DNA of 61,990 nucleotides, the filler included, from Choristocarpus tenellus KU-1152 (Eukaryota; Protista; Phaeophyceae), in assembly GCA_964200185.2 (NCBI GenBank). It is 11 parts of 11 records of this genome, joined end to end, with 100 filler letters (N's around TTAATTAATTAA, not from the genome) between each part and the next. Parts side by side here need not be neighbours in the genome. Positions count along the whole stretch, not along the records: positions 16,265 to 28,191 come from CAXNAD020002067.1; positions 28,292 to 33,186 come from CAXNAD020012628.1; positions 33,287 to 35,861 come from CAXNAD020026636.1; positions 35,962 to 39,488 come from CAXNAD020019446.1; 7 more parts are not named here. The stretch is one strand, 5' to 3'. Of the stretch, positions 27,136 to 38,250 are shown one piece after another. Below the pieces are notes generated by a model, which ran no database searches, had not been told where the DNA came from, and saw nothing but the letters and a program-made list of their open reading frames with translations. Position 1 is the first letter of the stretch. Each line of letters starts with the position of its first letter. Position numbers and translations under genes: made by a program.

Positions 27136-28160
27136 ATGATTGTAGTGCGGATTATTATCTAGAATGATCCATGTTACAAACCACAAAAATAAATCCTCAT
27201 TTTTTGAAGTATTGAATTCCGAGTTCGGAGATTATCAACCACAATATAAGTTGTTCTTCCTCCCAACAAAATATGCTTTCTTTTCATTTTGTCATTTGTC
27301 TGTTGTTGTGGGGAGAAAAGTTGGAGTGAGGAGGGGAGATCAGTACTCAGTGGTGACATACGGACTGTGGTACTGGTGAATAGATATACAAATATATGTA
27401 TGAATGTATATATTGATGTGAGTGTGTCAAGTTCCTGCCGCATATATATTTGAGACGAAAGTGGACATCCATCAGAGCTCTTAATATTAATATTGTACCA
27501 GGCAGTACGTGAAGTTAATGTTGTACACCATTCCATCAAAGTCAAAGATATTAGGCGACAGAATATTGTTGAGATTCTTAGACTGTTACATTGGCACTTC
27601 CTGCATCAACTTTGTGGTGCCTTAACTTTGATTAATAACGATTTCTTTCATCAAAATTCGTTTGTTGTAATCGCATAATCATGATTGACCTTATTCGATA
27701 GGATTTTGGTTGGTCAACTTGCAGTAATTGTGAGAAATACAGGACCATCCTTAAATCAAGTAATCCGCGCGCACGTTTCGCGCACGGGTGCCATGCGGCG
27801 CGCGCGAACCGCGCATTTAGGGACGATTTTGATGTCAGAAGAGACTATCTTCAACCAGGGAACGTGGTCGTTGTTGTCTCTCCATTCTCTTTACATTATT
27901 TCCCGTTTATGCGATGTTGTCACCTGCTGGCTAAGGCTCACTCATGGGAGCCCAGGTCTCTGAACCAGACAATCCATGCCAAGTCAAATGAGGTACTCTG
28001 AAGGTGCAGGCCTCTTGTGAGACGTAAAGGTCTTGTATACCCTGCCCAATTTGGTGCACTCCATGCCTTTCTCGTTGGAATATATTAGGTGGTAAGCAAT
28101 ACTCATCCTGAAGAACTTCTCCACAATTACTCTGGACAGTCCCCCTTCCTCGTTAAGACT

Positions 28161-28191
28161 GGCTCAAAGAATCTGGGGGGGGGGGTGGCGG
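28161..28191 (+). mobile_element. MITE family B terminus at contig end
   Basis: GGCTCAAAGAATCTGGGGGGG. Confidence 0.65.
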
Positions 28192-28291
28192 NNNNNNNNN
28201 NNNNNNNNNNNNNNNNNNNNNNNNNNNNNNNNNNNTTAATTAATTAANNNNNNNNNNNNNNNNNNNNNNNNNNNNNNNNNNNNNNNNNNNN

Positions 28292-28351
28292 CCAAAACAG
28301 TGAAAATCGAAAAAAGGGTGAAAAACGGACGCTGACACCCCCCCCCCAGAT
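28292..28351 (-). mobile_element. MITE family B terminus at contig start
   Basis: CCCCCCCAGATAATTTGACCC is the reverse complement of GGGTCAAATTATCTGGGGG. Confidence 0.65.
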
Positions 28352-28856
28352 AATTTGACCCCAACCTTGTGAATATAGGGCTACAGCTTACAATGGTAGG
28401 TTACATTTGAGGGGTTTAGATTGCTTGGAAAAAAAAAGAAGTAGGGATTGGGACTACGATGTACGACTTTTTAAGGAGGATTTGTGGGCATCCTTTCTAC
28501 AATCATCAACAAATCACCACAGTGAAGGAAAATGATAGAAGAAGGTATAGTGACCAATAGTGGGATAATCAGTTCAAGTCAATAAAAGGGGTGGGGGGGG
28601 GCACATTCAGGTCATAATAGTGGGGTTAATCAGATACGATGGTATGGCATGAATGTCTCCAACAGTTCTAGTTGCACAAGGAGTGGAAATGGATGTGTTC
28701 AATTGAAAGGAAATATATTAATACTATGCTACATTCCCCTCGTTAATTTTAAAAGACATACATATATATACTTGTATTTTTTTACATACAAGTGTCTAGG
28801 GAGATGTGGATTGTCTAGATGAGCCCTGAACCATCTCAGAAATATGTGCACACTTT

Positions 28857-28942
28857 AGGTCAAAGTATCTTAGAGGGTTAACAAACAAACAAACAAACGG
28901 GCAAACAGGGCAAAACCCGTACCCTCTAAGACACTTTAACTC
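28857..28942 (+). mobile_element. 86-bp deletion derivative of MITE family A
   Basis: Both TIRs are retained (AGGTCAAAGTATCTTAGAGGGT / ACCCTCTAAGACACTTTAACTC), flanked by a perfect 4-bp TSD CTTT. Confidence 0.85.
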
Positions 28943-29011
28943 CTTTGCTGATCCTAAGGACATAATGTAACTATGAATATCTCGTGTCCTAGTCAACTCA
29001 CCGGCACCTAC

Positions 29012-30060
29012 GACTGATCTAGACTAATAATACACATTACACGCTCTAGTCCTTACGGAACCCATCCAGACTCGTCTCTACCGGATTACGCAAGGCGATG
29101 CTGAGGAGGGTCTATGAAAAGTGTTTGAGCAAGGGGTTGATCCCTGACTAGGGGTGGGAATGTGGACTTGAGAATACAGGTACGGTACAGAAATTAGATG
29201 GAGGTGATCTCCAACAATTCTTCCAAGGTAAGAGAAGTTCAAGAACGTACAGAGGGGGGATGGGGGATAGACTTCTGAAAATCCTAGTCAAAACCAACTG
29301 AAATCGTGTCAAACCATTAAGTATTACAGATTCCATCTCAAACTGTCAAGCAGTAAAATGCTCAAAGTATCTGGGGGGGGGTGGCGGGTGTCCATTTGGG
29401 GCCAATTTCTTCATGTCCCGATTTTGTGTGATTTGGTTGCATACGTCGGATGGATAATGTAAGTGCACTTTTCCTGGTTATAACCCAAATGGATACTCTG
29501 GTGTAAAACCCCCCCCCTCCCAGATACTTTGGGTCAAAAGAAAAAGAAAAGAAAGAAAAAGAAAGAGAAAGAAAGAAGTTAAAGGGGAGTTTAATGTCAG
29601 AAATACAAGGAGTGTGTGGGTAGTCAAGAATTGGGGTACTAAGACTGATCTAGACTAATATAGACACGTTACACGTTTCTGGTCCTTACGGAACCCATCA
29701 AGACTAGCCTCTACCTGATTACGCAAGGCAATGCTGAGGAGGGTGCATGAACAATGTTTGAGCAATGGGTTGATCCCTGACTAGGGGTGGGAATGTGAAC
29801 TTGAGAATACACGTACGGCACAGATATTGGATGGAGGTGATCTCCAACAGCCTTCCAAGGTAAGAGGAGTTCAAGAACGTACAGAGAGGGGGGGGGGGAA
29901 TAGACTTATGAAACGTCTAATCAAAACCAGATGAAGCCTGTCAAAGCATTCAGTATTTCAGATTCCATCCCAAACTATCCAGCTGTAAAAAAAATGAAAA
30001 AGGGAGTTTAATGTCAGAAATACAAGGAGTGTGTGGGTAGCCAAGAATTGGGGTACCAAG
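29012..30060. repeat. Tandem duplication of a ~420-bp unit (29012-29642 carrying a MITE; 29643-30060)
   Basis: GACTGATCTAGACTAATA...GAATTGGGGTAC(T/C)AAG is present twice. Confidence 0.9.
29359..29535 (+). mobile_element. MITE family B, full copy (~177 bp)
   Basis: TIRs GCTCAAAGTATCTGGGGGGG / CCCAGATACTTTGGGTC with AAAA on both flanks. Absent from the sister tandem unit. Confidence 0.88.
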
Positions 30061-30299
30061 TGTGAGGAGGCATAGCCGCAAGTGATAGAACCCAATAACG
30101 ACTTTAAGGGACTTCGTGAGGGCGCAATATACCATACCCCAAGGATAGTTAACCGGAGACTAGCTGGTTTGGGCGCTTTAAAATATTGCTCAAGAAATCT
30201 ATATAAAAGGAAAGTAAGGTGGGTCATAGGTCCCGCGAGTCTGCCTTGTGGCTATATTTTGGCGGCTGGCGTACCCATTGGGATTACGCCAAGAGGGAG

Positions 30300-32538
30300 G
30301 CTGCTTGGGTAGACTAGCGGGAAAAGGGGGGGTCAGAGGAGATAGACATAGACCAGGGATTATATTCTCAGGGGAAAGAAAGTGGGATCAATTATGACAG
30401 CCCACGGAGATGGTCAGAGAGAACAGAGTGCATGGGTGAGGAAAGGAAACAGAGAGGTCCGATTAGGTAGGGAATTTAAGGAAGACTTGTACGGGTGGGG
30501 AGGGGTGACAGGACGAGGGGTGGTCGAAAGAGGAGAGAACTGGAGTTTCCAGTTATGAGATATGTGGTTAGACCACCAGAGACGGCAAGGTACTCAAGTG
30601 CGTGCTTTACAGAAGTAGGAAAGTTACCACGTGGAGATGGGTAAGTGGTGGAGGTATGAGGACCTGGTGTGCGGGACAAAGGATACCAATTGAAAGGGGA
30701 CGAGAGGAGAGGGGGGGGGTATATCATTGTACAGAATGGTTGGGGAGGGTAGTGACGGCAAGATTAGTGGTACTGAAGAGAGGGGAGAGGACAAAGGAGG
30801 GGGACCAGTATTATGAAGATGAGACACCAAGTCCGCAGTGCATTGGTTTGTATAGGTGGGGGGGGCAGGAGATGGGAGGGCAGGAGGATTGATGAGAAGG
30901 GGGAAGATAGAGGTAGCAGGGGAACGGTCATTTGCAGCAGAACACGTTAATGGGAAGAAGAATGATCTGGTAGATGGATTATCAAGATTGGAACAGGGAA
31001 ACACTCAACCTAACCTCCAACATGAGTCGAATTATCTCAGAGGGTAGAGCCGTGTCCATTTGGGGGTCAAAATCCAATGTTGTAATTTTGATGTAATTTT
31101 GGCTATCATAGTTGTTAAGGAGATGACAATATCCTTGTTCCGGGCACACCTTTTCATAGCGTATACATTTTACCTACTCCGAAATATTTTGGAGTTGGTA
31201 AAATGTCACTAAAACCCGTTGGAAGTCAGGCCCCAAATGGACAAACAGGGAAAAACTCATATCATCTAAGATGCTTTCCCTCCAGGCTTGTCCACGTGTT
31301 GATTGGCAGGATCAGCCCCTGGGTTGGGAAGGGGAGATGGTATGTTTGAGTGCCTTACAGTCATGTACGCCAGGGGATCGGTAGCACCATCTACTCCGAA
31401 GTGTTATGAGAATTAAGTAGGTGGTTAGACCCCAGGAGTTGAAAACTAGATGTAGCGAAGGCTCTAGCAGAATTCGTGTGTTTTTGTTGCAGGAGTATGG
31501 GAAACCAAGCACAGGTAAGGGTGAGATTTCGGCAATTCAGTATTACCACAAACAATTTCTTAACTTCCAACCTCCCACAAAACACTTCATGATTCACTCA
31601 GTGCTGAGAGGGACGGGGAGGAGTCACACAAAAATAGGCAGTGAGCCTTTTAAGAGGAGACCCCTGACATGGAGAATGATGGTAGAGAGACAAAACATTG
31701 CATTGAGATGTTAGGAGTGGCGGGTGAATTGACAAGGCCAGGACTGAGTTTCTCGTTTTTCTTCCTAGCAAGAGCATCAGAGTTGTGGGCTCACGATGAA
31801 GGGGGGGTGAGTACACGGGGATCTTGCAGTAAGAAGGAGGGATGTAGTGTGGAGGAGAATTGGATAGATTGAAGTGGAAGGATAGACACCAAGCAGAAAA
31901 TTAGAGGTAACGTTTACAGGGTTGAAAGGAGATCAGGGCAGGAAGGGAGCAGTGTTGAAAAGGCTCAAGGTGGAGGGGAAAAGGGGGGAAGAAAGTATGG
32001 GAGGTTTTGAAGTGGTAGCAGCTATTATGGAATGCTTCCCAGAACTCCCCCTCTGATGCCCCATTGATGGCATGTAGGCAGGGAAAAGGGAGGAGGGTGA
32101 TTACAAGGGGTCAAGCAACGTGTGTTCTGAGGAGAATAGTAAAGGAACTCAAGTTGAGACCAGAGGAGTATGCTTTGTATTCGGGTAGGATAGGGGGAGC
32201 CACAAGATTAGCAACCACGGGGGCATCAGGACTAGTAATACAGAGGGTGGGGAAGTGGAAGTCGATTGTATTTATGGTATACGTCAGGGCTAACCAGAGG
32301 AACCCAGAGTGGGTTTCGAAGGGCCTGGCAGAGAGTAGGAAGGATTTGGTTCAACCAGGGGAGAAGGCAAAGGGATGAACTAGAAGAGAAATCAACCCCG
32401 AAGGGGAGGGGAGGTCAAGCTCGTGCGGGTTAGATGTCTTCTAGCCCAAAGGCATGGTATGAAGTGGGTGATGAAGGGTATTCTTCGATAATGGTGGTGC
32501 GGTGTGGTGTTGAGTGGTGAGGGGTGGGTGGAGTGGTA
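30300..32538 (+). mobile_element. Decayed DIRS/Ngaro tyrosine-recombinase retrotransposon (RT/RNase H remnant plus YR)
   Basis: RNase H motif FAAEHVNGKKNDLVDGLSR. YR motifs AIQYYHK, RRPLTWRMM, FFFLARASEL, FTGLKGDQ and EYALYSGRIGGATRLA...IQRVGKWKSIVFMVYVRAN. Stops and frameshifts throughout. Outer boundaries are approximate. Confidence 0.88.
31024..31282 (+). mobile_element. MITE family A, diverged copy inserted in the DIRS RNase H tail
   Basis: GAGTCGAATTATCTCAGAGGGTAG...ATCATCTAAGATGCTTTCCCTC, aligning full length with 59391-59649. TSD unclear. Confidence 0.85.
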
Positions 32539-33186
32539 GACCCGAGAGCCAAAGTATCTTAGAGGGTAGAGCCGCATCCATTTGGGGTTCAACATCCAAT
32601 GTTGCCATTTTGATGTAACTCTGGCTATCATGTTTGCTAGGAGATGTCAATATCCTTGTTCCGGACACACCTTTTCATAACGTATACATTTTACCTACTC
32701 CGAAACATTTTCGAGTAGAAAGAGTCAAAGTATCTTAGAGGGTAGAGCTGCGTCCATTTGGGGGCCAAAATCCAATGTTACAATTTCGATGCAATTTTGA
32801 CTATCATGTTTGTTAGGAGATATCAATATCCTTGTTCTGGACACTTCCTTTCATAACATAAACATTTTACCTACCCCGAGAAATTTTGGAGCAGGTAATA
32901 TGTCGTCAAAAACCCGTGGGAAGCCAAGCCCCAAATGGACAAACAGGGGAAAATCGTACCCTTTAAGATACTTTCACTCCCGACGTATCCTAGAGGGTAG
33001 AGGCGCGTCAATTTGGGGGTCAAAACCCAATGTTGCGATATTATTGATATAATTTTGGCTATCGTGTTTATTAGGAAGTGTCAATATCCATGTTCTGAAC
33101 ACACCTTTTCATCACGTATACACTTTACCTACTCCTAAACATTTTGGAGTAGGAAAATGTCATAAAAGAACCATTGGGAGGTCAAG
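32539..33186 (+). mobile_element. Nest of three MITE family A copies
   Basis: A truncated copy (32546-32721) plus a full copy (32722-32979), together flanked by CCGA, sit inside the left TIR of a third copy that runs to the contig end. Confidence 0.88.
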
Positions 33187-33705
33187 NNNNNNNNNNNNNN
33201 NNNNNNNNNNNNNNNNNNNNNNNNNNNNNNTTAATTAATTAANNNNNNNNNNNNNNNNNNNNNNNNNNNNNNNNNNNNNNNNNNNNGGGGTGGGGGGTAG
33301 GGGGAGTATGATTATTCAAGAAAAGAAATATATACACATATACATGCATTGAAACTGGCTCTATTTACTATGGAAAATGTGATGTAGTCCACAATCAATG
33401 AGTCATGCAATCAAGATCAACAAAACATATTTAAGTTTTCACCTCATATCATCCATCCATCCATCCATGTAATATTTCAACCACAATCGATCACTTCACT
33501 TGTCAAAAAATAAAAATTACCCACTCAATCGGATGTTAATGATATCCACCATTCCATCCTTACATCCAACCTTGCCAGTCCATCTTTACCTCTATCAATT
33601 CACTCACCAATCAATAAAATATCACCTACTCAGATCTTAATAAAACAGTGAATCAATCAAAATCCATCAATCGATCAATCCATCCCATCCAGATTAACCA
33701 CCAAC

Positions 33706-35251
33706 CTGAAGGAAGTTTGCATTGGTTCCACTAGGCCTCTTGGATGAATCAGTCTGTACCATCTTCTTTGACCCCTGAGGTCCATCAATCTAAAAATAAT
33801 AATATTATTTAAACAACAAAACAATAATAATAATAAAAAATAAACAAGAATAACGGTAAAAGATTCAGCAGAAAATGTGAGAACATAAAAAAATAATTAC
33901 AAAAACACTCACAAGCAAAACAATCAAAATAGAGCGCATTTAAATGTGTTAGGAATATACTGGGATTCCGCTGATGATTATGAATAAAAAAAATAAAAGG
34001 AACCTTCGTTAAAATAAAAAAGTTTCTTCAACCACATTCGTTCATTCGCCTTAGGGTTAAGGTTTGGGAGTCTATAAATAAATAAACACACACACAAAGA
34101 ACAAATACACCATCAGGTATATACCTCAAACGGTACAATCATTTCCACACATACCATCCACTTGCTGTACCCTTTTTAGTCGAACTCAAAAGATGACTGA
34201 AACACAACCCACAAAAGGTACCCACAAAAAGGTACACTTCTCAGCATGCATGGATAGATAAGATGGAACTCAAAATCCGCACCTCATTTCTTTTAAAAAA
34301 AACACCAAATCAATCAACTAATCGTTGTTGTTGGTATCTGATCTTACAACTCCCTTTACACATATAGATGAAGTGCACCTTCCGCCCCACCCCCCCCCCC
34401 TCGACACACATGCACAAACCATGTATATCCAATCTTGTTTTTTTATATGCTTCAAATCAGAACCGAAATCAAACTCCTTGAATAAAATTAAAATTAAAAC
34501 TAAAAATACACACACACAATAGAACCAACCTCTAGCACGCAGTATGGTAGTTGCATAGGTAAGTACTTGTATGGTTGAACATCCCTTATGCCAAGGGCCA
34601 CCACCTCCAAGTAAGCCTGAGATAAAAAAAAGGTACAATAGAAAACACTGTGGATGAGTACACAGGCTCAAAGTATCTGGGGGGGGGGGTGGTGGTGGTG
34701 GCGGCAGCGGCTTCCATGTTTAGAATTTTGGTGAATTTGGTTGCATGAATCAGATAGATAATGCACGTGTACTTGTCCAGGTCAGGGCCCGAATGGACAC
34801 CCCAAAAGAAAAAGAAAGTAACTTCTTCTATATTATTTTTTTTCCAGTATCAACAACGATAAATAAAAAAAGAACAGAGTCGAAACGCACGCATCGATTC
34901 ACTTTACTCTTTTTTCTTATCTTCATAGTACACTCAAAACACAAAACACAAAAAAAATACATCAAAATCCCACATACCCCACATACCCACCCACTAGACG
35001 GCCATAGACATAAGCAGAGCTCATTCAACCTATCTCACCTCACCTCACCTCACTTAATCTCATCTCACCTTCCTATACTCCGGAACAATTGAAGGTGGTG
35101 GGGGGAGTTCAACCCCCTTGTTTTCCACGTGAATGAGTTGCACCCCAACCAAAAGCTCGCCGCTACTGTCGCCTTCCTCAGACACAAAGAACTTATACCA
35201 CTTCGGCAAGGGCGGCGGATTGCACTCAACTCCATCTTCTCCCTCTTCAAT
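33706..35251 (-). CDS. Ferlin-like C2-domain protein, partial (exons 35069-35251, 34530-34616, 33706-33789)
   Basis: Phase-0 GT-AG exons: PKWYKFFVSEEGDSSGELLVGVQLI...PSIVPEYRK/AYLEVVALGIRDVQPYKYLPMQLPYCVLE/IDGPQGSKKMVQTDSSKRPSGTNANFLQ. This matches the ferlin GELL...P..EIL.WGLR...PNF pattern. Confidence 0.8.
34665..34804 (+). mobile_element. MITE family B, right-truncated, intronic
   Basis: GGCTCAAAGTATCTGGGG... with interior homologous to 29359-29535. Confidence 0.75.
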
Positions 35252-35261
35252 CTGGGACAGA

Positions 35262-35292
<31 letters not shown>

Positions 35293-35390
35293 AAGGGCAC
35301 AAGGGCAGGTGTGGCCCGTGCGTTAGTTCCAANNNNNNNNNNGACGGAGGGCCGTGTCGCCGCCTTTCGTCTCTCGCCCCTGGGGAAGAT

Positions 35391-35421
<31 letters not shown>

Positions 35422-37499
35422 AGGCAGGGATGGAAAGGCACACAGGCAGTTGTGTTCCGTACGTTCATTACTACATGAAGACCAGCATGGATATATATTT
35501 TTTTTAATCTACGGGGACCTTCCCTTCGTCCTAACCCTAACCCTAATAGGTCACATTTGCATTACGTGTGGGGGGTGGGGGGCAGGTGGCAGTAAGCGAC
35601 ATCTTGTCACAGCCATCTCATACACCCAAATATTTTTTGAAGTTAAGTTTTTTTTTTTAAGGTGTGTACTATTTATTGTATGTATGCTCACACCAGCAGG
35701 AAATCTTCTCGAAACTAGATTTTTTTTTTGAATGAAACAAAAATATTTTTTATTTAGAAGGCGGTGACATCGTACATTGTACATTTTATAAAGAATTAAC
35801 AATTGCTTACCAACGAGGAAAAAAATAAAAATGTTGGTCCGGAGAGAGGGGGGGGGGATATNNNNNNNNNNNNNNNNNNNNNNNNNNNNNNNNNNNNNNN
35901 NNNNNTTAATTAATTAANNNNNNNNNNNNNNNNNNNNNNNNNNNNNNNNNNNNNNNNNNNNGTGACTGTACGGTCATTAGATCATGTCAGGGGGATCATG
36001 TCACTCGAAAAATAAAGTATATAACATGTATGACTCACCTGAAGTCTCCATCTCTAACCTAGTGGTAGACTTGAATCTCCATTTTTGTTTTAGGATGGAG
36101 TTTGCCATTTCATGATGATCAATATATCAATATCATGAAAACGTGACATGATATAATGAACAGCCACCTGTAGCACACAAGTGCTAATGTGCTAATGTGC
36201 CCGGTGATACGGTCTCTTCACCGCATGTGTCCACTCATGCGAATGAGGAGAGTTGATAAATCAAATAATTGTATTATTAATTTATCTAAATCCACCAACA
36301 TTTATGTATAGTCTATTTGCAAGGATTGATAAACCTGGTAAACACGAGATGCCAAGTCAGAGGAGGTCGTTAACAGGTTAACTGACATCTATTACCAGCT
36401 ATCTCATCTTTTCACAAAACGATGGACTATACCCATCTATGACGAAATGACATATAAACGATTTGTCTAAACTAGATGGTCAACCTATGTAAGGGATTAC
36501 GGGATGTGGATATCACGAGATCCTGCCAAGACACAGAAGTCATATAAAACAAACACACCAATAAAGAAAAATAAAGAAAAATAAGAAAAATTGTGAAGGA
36601 TCTGTATCGTACATACATACAATAATATCTTTACTGAAACGATAAGTTACAACATTACGCCAATGCATGATATACAGACTGTGTAAAGGAGTATGATAAC
36701 AGTAAATGCGAATTCTCAAGTCAACACTGTGTGGGACGAGAATTTTACTGATTATTCAATCAATTTACTGGACGATAGGCTGCAATCATTTCACAACATT
36801 GTGGGGGATCTGTTCTATCTTTTTTAAAGATCACAAGACGGTCCATAGCCACAAAGACGAAGGCGATAGACAACATTAGTGGACGAACGACGACCAGGAC
36901 CAGGTCTATGTACAACAATGCTGTCAAGTGTATTGACCAATAACAGGTTGAGAGATTTGATGGTCTACATCTGGTAATGGTATTGGTTTCCCCAGAAACA
37001 AATAATCCAATTAATTCAAATCTGGTGTCGGAGGTTGGACTTGAGGATTGTTACGTTTCATTCTACCCAGATGAACGGAAAATGGACTTGGGTTTCCAAG
37101 TAATACTACCCTGTATACGATGGGTGATACCTGTTACAGGCGAATGGCGCGAGCATTTCTTCCCGCGCTTTAACCAGCGCGAGCAGTATACCCGCGTGGG
37201 GAACCCCAAAAGGGGGAACTCCGATTTTCCTAAAAGTTGCAGAATAAAGTCTGTAACTCGGATAGTGGCAAAGGATCCCATATGGAAAGGTCGCAAGGGT
37301 TTTCAAATATATTCCAATGTTTGTAAACCAAAGAAGCCCCAACGATAAATGATGATAAGAGATCCGAAAAACGGCTCCAAATGGCTCAGTTCTTCTGACC
37401 CAGAGAGCCCTACTTATTAAGCTCTCTCTTTCTGATATCGTTCCCAATTAATACAATTTTATTGCGCTACTTTAGATTCACCTGAGAGTACTGCTGTTC

Positions 37500-38250
37500 T
37501 GCTGAGCTGACGTGCGTTAATCTGTGAATTGGATTTGACTTGTACATCCTGGAACGGTGAGCCTTGAGGGGCGCCTGTAACAAGAACACTCTACTTGGTC
37601 ACATCTAGCCTGCAAACATAGTCAATACCAAATACCCTTGCACTATCTCTGTAGCATCTCTATCTGGGTCTGAACAAACATGTCTTGATAATGCATTGAA
37701 ATCTGCTTTTGCCAACACTACTTTCTCGTCACCTCAAATACAAGAAACACTGAATATTTGTGCCAAATTCCGTTCAGTATTTTCTCTCGACACCTCTGAA
37801 TTGGGAACTTGCACAATTGCTGAAGCCGATTTTCCTCTCAAACCAGGTACCAGACCTATTAGTCGAACACCATATCGAACCAATCCACATGTTCGAGGTA
37901 CTATTGATAAATGTGTTGAAGATTTACAAAACCAAGGATTAATTGAAGCTCGGTCTAGCCCATGGGGTTCCCCTGTTACTATCGTCGCTAAAGCAGATGG
38001 GACCCCAAGATTCTGCATTGATTATTGATGGACCATAAACAAACACCTAATTAAACGTTCTTGGCCCATGCCTTTAGCTGAAGAACATCTTGATTCCATT
38101 GGTGCAGAAAAATTTATTTCTGTTGCAGATGTTCAATCAGCATATCATCAAATTCCTGTGGCGGAAGCAGACATTGACAAGACTGCTTTTGTCACCCATA
38201 AAGGCAAGTTTTATGAAAACGACTTCCTTTTGGTTTGAGCAATTCACGAA
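37500..38250 (+). mobile_element. Ty3/Gypsy RT N-terminal fragment related to the element at 6433-10578
   Basis: RSSPWGSPVTIVAKADGTPRFCIDY, DVQSAYHQIP, KTAFVTHKG and RLPFGL. Truncated before YxDD. Confidence 0.9.

Noticed and set aside
32392-33052. ORFs with YPLRY motifs (also at 40953 and 59585)
   Set aside because: Translations of MITE TIRs.
35129-35731. Gly- or Pro-rich ORFs (also 18173-18538)
   Set aside because: Poly-G/C runs next to assembly gaps.
36169-36300. Small TG...CA solo LTR or TRIM
   Set aside because: No second copy and no TSD.
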